A stretch of DNA of 64,000 nucleotides, from NCBI GenBank assembly GCA_044892505.1, contig CM097883.1, positions 406,100,001-406,164,000 of the forward strand. Reading direction: 5' to 3'. Of the stretch, positions 25,682 to 37,100 are shown one piece after another (positions within the stretch are counted from its first letter, which is position 1; each line of letters starts with the position of its first letter). Both the position numbers and the translations under genes were made by a program. Under the pieces are notes generated by a model. It was not told the DNA's origin. It saw nothing but the letters and a program-made list of their open reading frames with translations, and did no database searches. The stretch is from Schmidtea nova. Taxonomy: Eukaryota.

Positions 25682-25867
25682 AAGACTAAATGAAGATAAT
25701 AAAGGGATTCGAAAAAATTTTGTGGTATAGAATCTAGCAATATCTTATTAGGTGGATTAGGATTTTACGGAAAACCCTCTAAATAAATAAGTTATCATAA
25801 ACAATAGGTGAATTACCAATTTGTCATTTACCTAATCTTAAATTGAATTTTAATTTTTCTTGATGTA

Positions 25868-26400
25868 ATGGAAAAGATATGGACAAATCCAAAAGATTCA
25901 GTCGGTTTTGGTGGAGTCAAAAAGTTAGAATAAAAATCCCAAACTCGATAAAAGAGACTTAAAAATGGTTATCGGAACAACTGACATACAGTCTAAACAA
26001 ACCAGTATTGAAACGATAGAGTTTATAAAACATATGGTATTAATGACTTGTGGTAAATGGATTTGATGTAAATGATTCCATATTCAAAATTAATATTAAA
26101 TATAAATATATTTTATCATGAATAGATGTTTTCAATCGATTTGCTCGGGCTATTTCAACCAAACCAAAATCTGCAAACGAAATATCTGTTGCAATCAAAA
26201 CTATGTTTGAAACAGGGTGTTCAGATAATTCACAAACTGAATATATTCATATTTTATATATAGTTAATTGTAATTTATGTAAAGAATTTTCCAATAGTGA
26301 AGTTAAAGAAGTTTTGGCTGAGATTAATCATAACTCTGTATTCTCTAAATTCAAAACAGCTCATTTTGAACGATTAGGTCATATATTAAGAGATCGACAA
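25868..26400 (+). mobile_element. Degenerate Maverick/Polinton retroviral-like integrase
   Basis: IWTNPKDSVGFGG, GINDLW*MDL, KYILS*IDVFNRFA, KEFSN, FERL..ILRD motifs with several stops. Confidence 0.78.
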
Positions 26401-26900
26401 TATCCATAGTTCATATCCATAGTCAATATCTATAATCAATATTCATAATCAATATTCATAGTCAATATCCATAATCAATATCCATAATCAATATCCATAA
26501 TCAATATCCATAGTCAATATTCATAATCAATATTCATAGTCAATATCCATAGTCAATATCCATAATCAATATTCATACTCAATATTCATAATCAATATTC
26601 ATAGTCAATATCCATAGTCAATATCCATAATCAATATCCATAATCAATATCCATAATCAATATCCATAATCAATATCCATAATCAATATCCATACTCAAT
26701 ATCCACACTCAATATCCATACTCAATATTCATAATCAATATCCATAGTCAATATCCAGTCAATATCCATAATCAATATATAGTCAATATCCATAATCAAT
26801 ATCCATAACCAATATCCATAACCAATATCCATAATCAATATCCATAATCAATATCCATAATCAATATCCATAATCCATATCCATACTCAATATTCAAAAT
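26400..26900. repeat. 13-bp minisatellite (consensus caatatccataat), roughly 38 copies
   Basis: Directly visible tandem array with variant units caatattcataat, caatatccatagt and caatatccatact. Confidence 0.97.
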
Positions 26901-29583
26901 CAATATATGAAATCAATATTAAATATATAAGTAAGTATATTATTAGCTGCGTTCATCAAGTCTTCCGTAGTGGTTTTTGTGTCGGCAGAACAACCAGTAG
27001 CACACGAAAATGATCCTGAATATAAAAATTAAAATAATTCATTTAAAGAAATTTTTGAATTGTTCTTGTCATTCTTGATCAATATCAGACAACTTACGTG
27101 GTTAGGTCCAAATCCTCTGATACTTAATATGAAGATAAAAGATTGCAATATTTCAATAGATTCTATTTAATGTCAATGTCAAAAGATTTTATTTATTTTT
27201 CACTATTACGAATGCATTTTTGAGAAAAGAGTAACTTTTCTGGGCTCTTTGTAAGGAAACAACTGGTTGGGTTTAAAAAAATTAGTAAAATACAAAAATA
27301 AAAACCATAAATCTTAGCAAAAATCAATAAAAATAATAAAATTTTAGAAATAATAATTAAATCAGGAAAATTAATTATATAATTTTAAACTAAAGATGTA
27401 ATGGGGACATTGGTATGGGTGTATTTCGAATTGTGAGACAAATCCAAAAATGCTAAAATAAAATCAATATGGGGTCCCCAGAAGAAAAGAATAAAAAAAA
27501 TTATTTAATTAATTGGATAATTGGAAACCCGAGAAAATGTGGAACCAGAGTAGTGTGGGAAATCCGGACGAGATAATTAGCCCTGAGAATATTGATGCCA
27601 AAAGGAAATCTGAGGAACATAATTAACGAAGGGATAATTGATGTCTTAATTTTAATTAAAGTAATTAGGAAATGACAATTGGAAGACTCCGCCAAACAAC
27701 TTGGTAGGGAAACTCAATAAAACGAGCAGTTTATAAAGGAGAAGAAAATCCCAGAGTTTATCGTACTAAATCTGTCAATTTTATTTTAATATCTGTTAAA
27801 TTTATTTAACCCTTTGGACGCGCAAGTCGATTAAAGTCGCCTGATATATATTAATTTTGAATTTTAACGCGTTTAAAAGGGTAAGTTTTCAGATCTAACA
27901 AATTTATTTAATGATTAATAGACAAAGGCTTCAGTAAAATTTTATCAAATAAGTTTTTATTATATTTGTGGGTTATTGGTGCAATTTAAAATTTACCAAT
28001 CAAATTTCTGATTCCAAATGTGAGCTTTATTAATCATTAGAAAAAATAAAAATTGTTTTTTTCAAGTGATTACGGTAATCCACACACCATCATGAAAATG
28101 CTAAAATCTCCCTCACTCATGTACCCATAAATACTCTCTGGTAATCAGTGGTGCGAGAATTTATTGAGCGGGTTCCTATTGCCGATAGAAGGTATTAAGC
28201 GCATAATTACTCGGACTCCCAAAGGTCCTCTTTATTTATCGACTCGTGACTTTCTATAGCCTTACTTTATCCTGTCCAACATCTACACCTATTTGTTCCC
28301 AAAAATATCTGAATACCCCGTTTACTTCTCTTGATTCACCTTCCAATTACACATCTTAATTCCCTTTACCTTTGCAGGTCTAAATAATTTAATAAGACTA
28401 TGGTCAGGAAACTCGACCCGATTATAGGGTTCAAAAACTTCGTGGCTTGTGAGCCGACAGAGCTCATCCTAAATCAGTTTAATTCGGGAAAATCAAATTG
28501 AGACAAAGCAAAATAACCATGTTTCAAATATTTATTGTCAAAATTTAATAATTACAATATATACAGCAAAACATAAAATACATAAACATACTTGTTTTTA
28601 CAAAATTGTTCCATTAGAATGAGCAAATTCAATATCGATGTGGGCTGGCGAGCGAAAAATAAATTGAACAAAAATTACTGTCTGTTATCGAAACTAAGTT
28701 AAGTTATGATTTTTCAGAGTCTATTTATTATATTTTTGTCTGACACCTACACATTCTGTTCATAAAATAAGAATATTTATAATTTAATTTATAAATTTAT
28801 TTTAATATTTAAATTATTCATTTAAATAAATGAATTTTTTTTCAGTAAAATTATTTTTATAATTTATTTTCTAAATATTGATTTTTAATTCTTCTAAATT
28901 ATGTGTGTCGTCATTTTGTGTGCGTTAATGGATTTAATAACAGACTTTCTATTTTTGTCTCTATCTCTGTTATTTTGACGATATTTTAATGGGATTTATT
29001 CTATAATTTTTAATAAATTATTCTTTTTATTCCAATACCAAATTTGTCTTCGATCAGGCTTTTTTCGTATTTAATAAACGTGCAATGATCTTGCCCATTC
29101 AATTCTCGCGCGGTATTTCGTATGTAAATTTGACCATCACTCATATTGTGTGCTCTCTTTTGAGATGCCTCTTTTTTATCGTTTTATCCCTACCTGTTCC
29201 GACTTATGAAATGCGGTTCATATGCCTACTATTTGTGCTTTAATATTTTATATACTTTTGTGCTATTTTCCAACTAAATGCTCTTATAGGTTATCGTGAT
29301 CTTTGAACACGCCTCTTTTTGTGAGTATTTCATTTTCGACGTATTAAAACAAATATTTTATTTCACTTCTACTAACCCAACAGTAAGCTAAATTCTCGCC
29401 AAAGCTGGTTTAGATACCATATAATCACTCGATCGTTAGAAAGAAAATTTAAGAAGGGGAATAAAGTGCTCTAGATGGAACACTATAAAAATGCCGACCA
29501 AATATTCCGATATTATTACTGGAAAAATTGACTTCTGGTTCATTTTGTAAACAGTACAGAGTAGGGTCATAAATTTTTTATAA

Positions 29584-30889
29584 TCAAATCGCCGTTAAAC
29601 TAATAACAAATCGAATTAGGTAAAAAAATTCCCTGAAATTAAAACAAAACTCGCAATACTTTCAAAATTTAACTTACGCTAATCCCAATAATGGCAAAAT
29701 TACTGCCAATGCAATTTTCCATGGTTTCACTTTATTTTTGGAAGGTTTAGGGGAATGGGGCTTTTTGGATCGTGACAATTTGGTTTTTCTAATAACGTAT
29801 TTCGTTGTCGGCTTGATAGTTGAATGCGGTGTTGAAAGGGGCGTTTTACGAGACGTTGAAGTTGCCGTAGAGTTTGATTCATGCGAAGAAGGCGAAGTAT
29901 TCTCAGTCGTTGTCGATGTGAAGCATTTGACTTCAAATATCTGGACCTGCGATGGATATTTGCAAATCGTGTTTTGAGGATTCCTGACGAGAAATTTGTT
30001 CTTGATCATCCAATTGGTAAACGATTCCGATTCGTTGCAAAAGCAGCTGAGAGGATTCATGGAGAAATCAATTCCTTTCAGATCGATAAATTGATTCATT
30101 TGCCTGCCACTGATTTTCGATAATCGATTATTGGAGAAATTCACAAATCCAAAATGCATTTTGCTATCGATTTCAAAGTTAACAATTCGATTGTAAGAAA
30201 AATCGATATTGATTCCGAATTTGTTATCCATAAAATTGATAAATATGACAGATTTCAATATATTTCGAGAGAGGTTAATTGTGAGGCCTCGCTTGAAAGT
30301 GAGGGTCATCAGCTCGATAGGAAGGGAGTCGATTGCGTTCCGGCTGACATCGAGAACTGATAGCGAAGGAGATTTATGAAGTCTGATTATTAAATAACCG
30401 AAATTCCGTTTAGTAAGTCTATTATTGTCAAAGTATAATTTATTGAGATTAGGTAAATTGACGTCCAATTTGGCAATTTTGTTGCTAGAAACGTTAACGG
30501 TCACTATTTGGTCACCATATAACACGAGACTAGACAAATTATTCTCGCTCAGATCTAAGGATTGTAAAACTTTGAACGTTTTAAATGTCAAGGAGTTTTG
30601 CAATTTATTTTTTCGAACGCTTAATGTAGTCAGATTTGTCCATTTCTGACAGTTTGCCGTTTGCATATCCGTCAAATTATTCTCATTTAGAATGAGACTT
30701 GTAATGGATTTGTCTACAGATGGGCAATCGGTGAGACCCATCCGACTGCAATCCATAACGCTGTTGTGTGTTTTACACGGGCCGCCAGCTGTCAAGCTCA
30801 CACAGAAAGTCACCACTAAAATTGCATATGACATAAAAACGGTCAAATTTATCATTAACATTACCTATTATCATTAAAAAGCCTTTCAT
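29584..30889 (-). CDS. Type I membrane leucine-rich-repeat protein; predicted exons 30889-30865, 30815-29678, 29632-29584
   Basis: Spliced signal peptide MKGFLMIIVVTFCVSLTAG (49-nt phase-1 intron); LRR-NT, multiple LxxLxLxxN repeats, LRR-CT NPLSCFC..W..C.YP, S/T-rich stalk, TM WKIALAVILPLLGLA with a GTAAGT donor and 45-nt intron. The last exon is less certain. Confidence 0.85.
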
Positions 30890-33666
30890 TGTTCTCTTTA
30901 AAATTGAAATAAAATTTGACCTTAATATACAATTTTTGAAATAGTAAAACAAACTTGCAACTATATTAATATATAAAATTGACGCTATTAGTCAATCCAA
31001 CTGAATTAATTATAAATAAACAAAAGTAAATTCTTATCTTTCAATAAAGATTATAGATAAAAAAATTTATACACTACTGAAAAAAGCTGTTCTAAAAACT
31101 CGTTCCAAAAACTCGTGTACTATTTTTAGAAAAATTGATCTTTATTCATTATAAACAATATTAAAATTTCTGAAATAAAAACCAAAGTATCAAAAGGGAA
31201 AATAATATGTGTTGATGTAAAATAAAATAATTGAAATTCTGGTTTCCCAGTATAATTTGGATTCCGAAATATTTGCAAGTTTTTAGAAATATTTACAATT
31301 AAAATAGAATTTTTTAAACATTTAAAATATCTTAAAGTTAATATTTCTAGGAAAATAGTATAAGCAGGTATCGAGTGAAAAGTCACAGAATAACAGAATA
31401 ATATTAAGTCAATGGTTATTATCAGACAGCGTAATTATGAAAATACAAACTAGGAAAAAAAATTTCTCAAGCGTAATAGAAACTCATCAAACTGCATGAA
31501 ATAATAAAAATAATGTTGTTTGGTTTAAAGATAATATTTTGGAAGATTAAGAGTAATCACCGAAACTACTCCCAAGATGAAATGATTGATGTTTGAGCAA
31601 CTTGTATTAATGAAAGGTTAAAGAACCCTGTCCAGTTGTGGTTAACAATATAAAGAATTACAAATTACAAAGGACCTAAAAGCAACATCTTATTGATTTT
31701 GAGGAAAATTGAAAAGTTTTTATTTTCTCTTCTAAATAAACCTAATTTACAACTTTATAATTACCCTCAATATAACTTTATTAACGAATAATCAAAACTT
31801 TATTTTCGGTTGAGTTATTGAATAAATGAACGCCTGGGGCCAGTTTCAGTAATATCACTACTGAAATCTTTAGAAATCTCACAGTTTATTACTGTTTTAT
31901 GAGCTCGAATGAACCGTATCTTTCAAATAATGGCGACTTGCGCAAATATATAACTGAATAAGACAATCATATTTTAACTTTTTTAGAAATGAGATCCCGA
32001 ATAGTTTTCTACCTCTTTCCACTCACACCTCTGAAAAAATTGATTTTCAGATTTTTTTAATTAAATAATTAGTTTTGATTAACATTTTGTATGATCTCAA
32101 CATAAAGGGTAAAATATTGATGGCACATATGGATACCACCCTCGACTTAATTGCTCAAAATATTTTAAAAAATGAAATAATCTAAAATAAATATATTCCA
32201 GTAAGATTCTCTCAATTAAAATGTCCTTCATTAGTAATAATTTCTTAACCGATTTCAAAGTTTTACCACTTTTACCATAAATAGACATTTAATCTTTCAC
32301 TGACTAAACATCCGTTCATTAATCCAAGTGCAAACATTTATCTAAAGATTTATAGAAATATCCTGTTCAAAGTTTAAAGGTTCTCTCATACACCAAACAA
32401 GTCTTTACCGTCAATTTCAGTAAAATTTTGACTTTTTTAAACATGACAACACAAAATAATTTAACTATAAAAATTATTTTGTTAATTTGTTGTATTGGGC
32501 TACAATAACCAAGCAAAAGAAGTAACAATATAAAAAACAGAGAAAAACAGGATAAATAAATTGAAATAATTAAATTAAATTAAGACAAAAATAGTAATAA
32601 ACTAGCGAAACAGAAATTAAAAATAAATAATTTAAAGCGAAAAATACCGAAATTATAAGAAAACCCCCGTTAGTCAAAATTTTACTATTTTAATGTCTCC
32701 ATCCCGATAATTTCGTTAAGGGTTATGGAACCGTGTGTGGCGATGTTATCATCGGTTACCGTGAAGCTCAGGTCTTTTATTCGCCAGACGAATGGGAAGA
32801 TCAAGCCACGTATAGAAATCAAGCGACCACAAAAGTTTGGTGATTTAAAATTAACTAATACAATTAACCACTAATAATCCAGTAAGCACTATATAAAATT
32901 AATTTCTACCCTTTGAGCATGCACCTGTGAAAGCCACCTGAAATCACGTTGGTAATGTGCATCTCGGGCATATAATAAGTGGTAGATGAGCTACTGTATT
33001 AGAACTATTTCTTCTTACAATACTCGTAAGGGTTCTGTAGGCGATAGAAGCCATAAATCCACTCTCAAGCCCCTCAGGTCACTAATTTAAGGTAACCGGT
33101 TGATTCCACTAGGGCAATTCCACTAGACACAATTCCACTTGCGCAANNNNNNNNNNNNNNNNNNNNNNNNNNNNNNNNNNNNNNNNNNNNNNNNNNNNNN
33201 NNNNNNNNNNNNNNNNNNNNNNNNNNNNNNNNNNNNNNNNNNNNNNNNNNNNNNNNNNNNNNNNNNNNNNNNNNNNNNNNNNNNNNNNNNNNNNNNNNNN
33301 NNNNNNNNNNNNNNNNNNNNTGAATTTTGAATTTATAGTGAATTTTTCGTGTCAACAATTTCGCCCGCAGCTTCTTTTTATATGCCACTCAAACGATCTA
33401 TGCAACGAACTATTTGAAAAGTACGACAAAAAGAAAGTGATATTTATGAACCCTTTCCATTTGTTTTGAAGGGTTTAATCATACCAGAAAAATATAAATT
33501 CACTAAAAGGGCGATTTTTTTAATAAAGGATACAGGTGCAAATAATCCATGCATCAAACATCATATCATTGTATATGGAACAAACGAAAATATTTGAACT
33601 CTGAGTCACTGTGATGAAGATTTTATGGATGGAACTTTTAAATCTTGCCCAAATATATTTTCACAT

Positions 33667-35211
33667 CTATATATTATTCACGGGAGTTCCGATGCCATTA
33701 GTATACGCCCTTTTGTGTAATAAAACTAGTGAAAAATATACAAAAATGTTTAAATTATTAAATGAAATGTATCCATTAAATCCAAAAAAAATTCCACGTC
33801 GATTACGAAATGGAATGATCAAAACCTTGACGAACATTTTTAAAGGTGCTTTTGATGAACCGGAAACCACACCAAGGTATTCTGATTTTTGGCGTGGTTG
33901 CCGATTCATCAATTTTATATTTGTTCCCTCGCTTATCATTTTACATAAGCTTACAAATAAATCTAAATATACTTTTGTTTTCGAATGTCTGTAGTTGGTA
34001 TTCAGCTTACGGCAATTTGTTAACATATACTCAGTCAAGCCAAATAGCAGGGAAAGAAGAATTCCAGGCCGAACCAAAGATCGATCGAAATCATCGGGTA
34101 ATCCCCCAAGGAGGATCTCATAAGGAGGTGTTCCACTGCCGGCTTGCTTATTAGAAAGTACTTGTCCAATCACTCGTATCGTGTAGATATAATTGTCAGA
34201 AAATGTAATATTTATTTGATAACCAGTTTCTATATAAATCTTAATTGTATCACTTTTCTTTATTAATTGATTGAAAGAGACATTGAAAAATCTGTAAAAT
34301 TTAAGAATAAGATTGGAAGCATAACACCAAGTTTTGGAAATGTCTGTGAAAATATCAAACATGCAGTTTACCAAAACTTCATGAATAAAAATAAAAGGAG
34401 GTCTCAAAGATTGAATAACCATATAAAAATGATACACACATGGATTTGATAGTACAGTACATACTCTAAATACATTCACTTTCGGATCTTGATAGGATAT
34501 CCATTGACAATAAAATCGCAATTTTCTTGAGACGAATAAGTTCATCATATAATAGTTAGCGATAATTACACTTTCTTCCGTTTGATTGTATAGCATGATA
34601 AACCATTTTTCTATTACTAAACTTTCATCAGTATCTTTCCACCTTACCGGATAAAAATAATTGAAATTAGAATGATGAAATTCAGGAAACACTTCAAAGT
34701 CATACGATATAATATACAATTTATTGAATGACAAAATGCGTGGGAAATCAATTTTTGGATTCTGGACCAAAACTTCGTTTGTGAAGATATTGTATGCGCA
34801 TGGTGAGGAGCAATTTATTTGAGTACTTTTAAATAGTTCACTCGATCTTGGAATAATTAGATCTAAATGTTTTTTAAAATAAAATCCTTGCTCATTAAAG
34901 CTAACTAAGCAGCGGCATGTAATACTTGATTTTACCCATGACGTGCTTGCCTTCGAAAACCTTCCTCTGACATTAAAGTGATATGATATATAGTTTATTC
35001 TATCAATCAGAAAGTTTACGATTACGACGGAGTCTTTGAGAGCAACCCAATGTAGGAGCGACAGATCCGTACCTTCCGTAATGATTATTTTTACTTCTAT
35101 CGGATCTAGGGACTCTATTGATCTTTCGAATCTTGCGTCATCATCTGCGATAATATATGCGAACCGTAAACGTCGCTTTGCTGATTCTTCTATATATTCT
35201 TCATTCAACAT
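33667..35211 (-). CDS. Uncharacterised protein with an N-terminal ankyrin-like repeat (514 aa from ATG 35211)
   Basis: Uninterrupted ORF in very AT-rich DNA; GTDLSLLHWVALKDSVVIVNFLID fits the ankyrin consensus; the last ~60 codons are antisense MULE sequence. Confidence 0.7.
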   Translation of the reverse strand: MLNEEYIEESAKRRLRFAYIIADDDARFERSIESLDPIEVKIIITEGTDLSLLHWVALKDSVVIVNFLIDRINYISYHFNVRGRFSKASTSWVKSSITCRCLVSFNEQGFYFKKHLDLIIPRSSELFKSTQINCSSPCAYNIFTNEVLVQNPKIDFPRILSFNKLYIISYDFEVFPEFHHSNFNYFYPVRWKDTDESLVIEKWFIMLYNQTEESVIIANYYMMNLFVSRKLRFYCQWISYQDPKVNVFRVCTVLSNPCVYHFYMVIQSLRPPFIFIHEVLVNCMFDIFTDISKTWCYASNLILKFYRFFNVSFNQLIKKSDTIKIYIETGYQINITFSDNYIYTIRVIGQVLSNKQAGSGTPPYEILLGGLPDDFDRSLVRPGILLSLLFGLTEYMLTNCRKLNTNYRHSKTKVYLDLFVSLCKMISEGTNIKLMNRQPRQKSEYLGVVSGSSKAPLKMFVKVLIIPFRNRRGIFFGFNGYISFNNLNIFVYFSLVLLHKRAYTNGIGTPVNNI

Positions 35212-35506
35212 TTTATTCAAATGATATTTCGGTAATCTATATTTGATATTATAATATATTTTTAAATTAGAATTTTAAAAGTCGAATTTCAAACGCTTTC
35301 AAATCTTTATTTTATATTATCGTGCGGGTTAACCGCTTAACAACCTCTTTTTAACAAAACATACAATGTTGAAATTATAAAATTTTTACATATATAACAA
35401 TTTTTTACAACCTTAATTTACATAATTTTAAATATACATAAGACACGAATAAACATTTATTTATGTTTAAAATTCATATCCAAACGTGTGTCCAGAGAAC
35501 ATTACA
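33851..35506 (-). mobile_element. Unclassified 1656-bp insertion flanked by GTGCT direct repeats
   Basis: GTGCT at 33846-33850 and 35507-35511; removing the insert rejoins MULE as ..IFKGA|RVVCCFF..; minus-strand end starts TGTAATG. Confidence 0.72.
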
Positions 35507-36178
35507 GTGCTCGGGTAGTTTGCTGTTTTTTCATTTGCAAAAATCTATTTACCATCATTTGGGTGTTATTGGATCTAAAATTAAATGCAACACAAATGTC
35601 AATTTCGCGTTTGATGTCCGAATGATAATATCTCTTGCACTTGTTCCGATCCAACATCAAGAAAAATATTATGAAATCCTAACGAAAAACAACTTACTGA
35701 AGGATGATGATGATTTATTCAACTACTTTGAGAGTAATTACTTCGGTTTTCTTCGTCCTGATGGTGGTCGCAGAAAACCACGTTTTCATCGCGAGTTATG
35801 GATCTTCTATGAAGAAGCACGAAACAGTGGATATAAGACAAACAATATTGTAGAGGGTTTCAACAATGCGTTAAACCACTTAATAAATAATAGTGGTAAA
35901 TTGCGTTTAACCCAGCGCTAAATTTCTAGTATCACACTATAAGATACATTGATCCCTGATGTTTACAGACCAGCTTCCTTTGAGTGAATTGTTCAGTTCG
36001 ATGAGACTCATCACTTCAATCAATCTCGATTCGCACTCTGCTCCAACTAGATCATCCTAATTTGTACCATCCACGATTTTCTCGGTAAAACTACAAGCCA
36101 TTCTGAGCCACTTCGAGATCGGATAATGCCCAATAAGATTTCCACAAAAAAAAACAATTTACACCTAGTAACTTTACC

Positions 36179-37100
36179 TTAAATTGGGTTAACTATATTT
36201 CTTCTAGACCATAACAGGTTACCATGACGATTGCGTTCAATTTTAAGACCGAAAACTGTTGTATCGACTAATAGTTTCGCTGGCTTTGTTACTAATCCAT
36301 ACTGAGCCAAATATTTCACAACCTCATCAATACCGAGCACACTCGTGTTGACAGTTATGTCATCAATGTAGTGATTTTTCACATTCTAGATTCGCGTACA
36401 TCCACTTCGGCTACAAGATTCGTCATTATTAGGCAATTTAGCATAAAACTTATTCCTCAAACAGATAAATGATACTTCCTCTCGGCTTCACATTGGACTC
36501 TTCTACCATCTACTACAACAAGATCTCTGGTATCACCACTTCCATCTGCACAGATCCCAGAAACAATGGTTTGCGAACGTCCAGAATTGACCAGTCTAGT
36601 GCAAGACTTTCCATTCACAATGAGTCTCGCGCCATCACTGAGAAACCACTGGCGTTACAGTTTCTTTTCTGGCGCTTACCTAAGAGTTTGAAGAGCATTT
36701 TCTGGACGAATGCTTTTGATTTCACATGTACAACACTCTTGAGAGAGGCATCTATTTTAAAAATGTCCAGATTTTCAACATCCATAGCAGTTTGATTTAT
36801 TTACCGGCTCAAAACCACTTCTCTTCACTGCAATTTGGCCTTTAGAGCCGTTTTGTTCGATTATCAGTGCTCGAGCTTGTCGAACACCTTTTGAAAGGTT
36901 CATTTTGAAGATACTCACAGAAGCTCTAAGCTGGTGGGAGGCCATTGATGTAAGTCCGACTACAATTATCCTCTTGAGAAACCCGTAAACATTTATCCCA
37001 GTCAGCGTAGCCAATCGCTACAGGTGCGCAAGAAACTCATCAACTAGCTCTCCATTCGATTGCGAAACGTGTCACAAGCCTGCAAGCCATCCATCGAAAA
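36179..37100 (-). mobile_element. Degenerate Ty3/gypsy-type reverse transcriptase region
   Basis: HYIDD catalytic motif followed by VVKYLAQYGLVTKP..VFGLKI; surrounding frames broken by stops. Confidence 0.7.

Larger units (their letters stand above)
33091..35921 (+). mobile_element. Degenerate Mutator/MULE transposon, split by a 1.66-kb insertion
   Basis: Left-end motifs GGTAACCGG..aattccac; MDGTFKSCP..LYIIHG, LVYALL..K, VDYE.GMIK (to 33850); resumes at 35512 with RVVCCFFH (1-nt slip), RMIISLALVP, YFESNY, KTNNIVEGFNN. Confidence 0.88.

Noticed and set aside
27380-27790. Repeat related to ~56480-56930 (shared ggggtcccca core), possibly a solo LTR
   Set aside because: Too diverged to define ends or a TSD by eye; not classifiable.
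33851-35506. Bacterial contamination or horizontal transfer as the origin of the ankyrin-like ORF
   Set aside because: It is joined on both sides to animal-type MULE DNA with a target duplication, has host-like AT content and no obvious ribosome-binding site. An older viral or symbiont origin cannot be excluded without a search.
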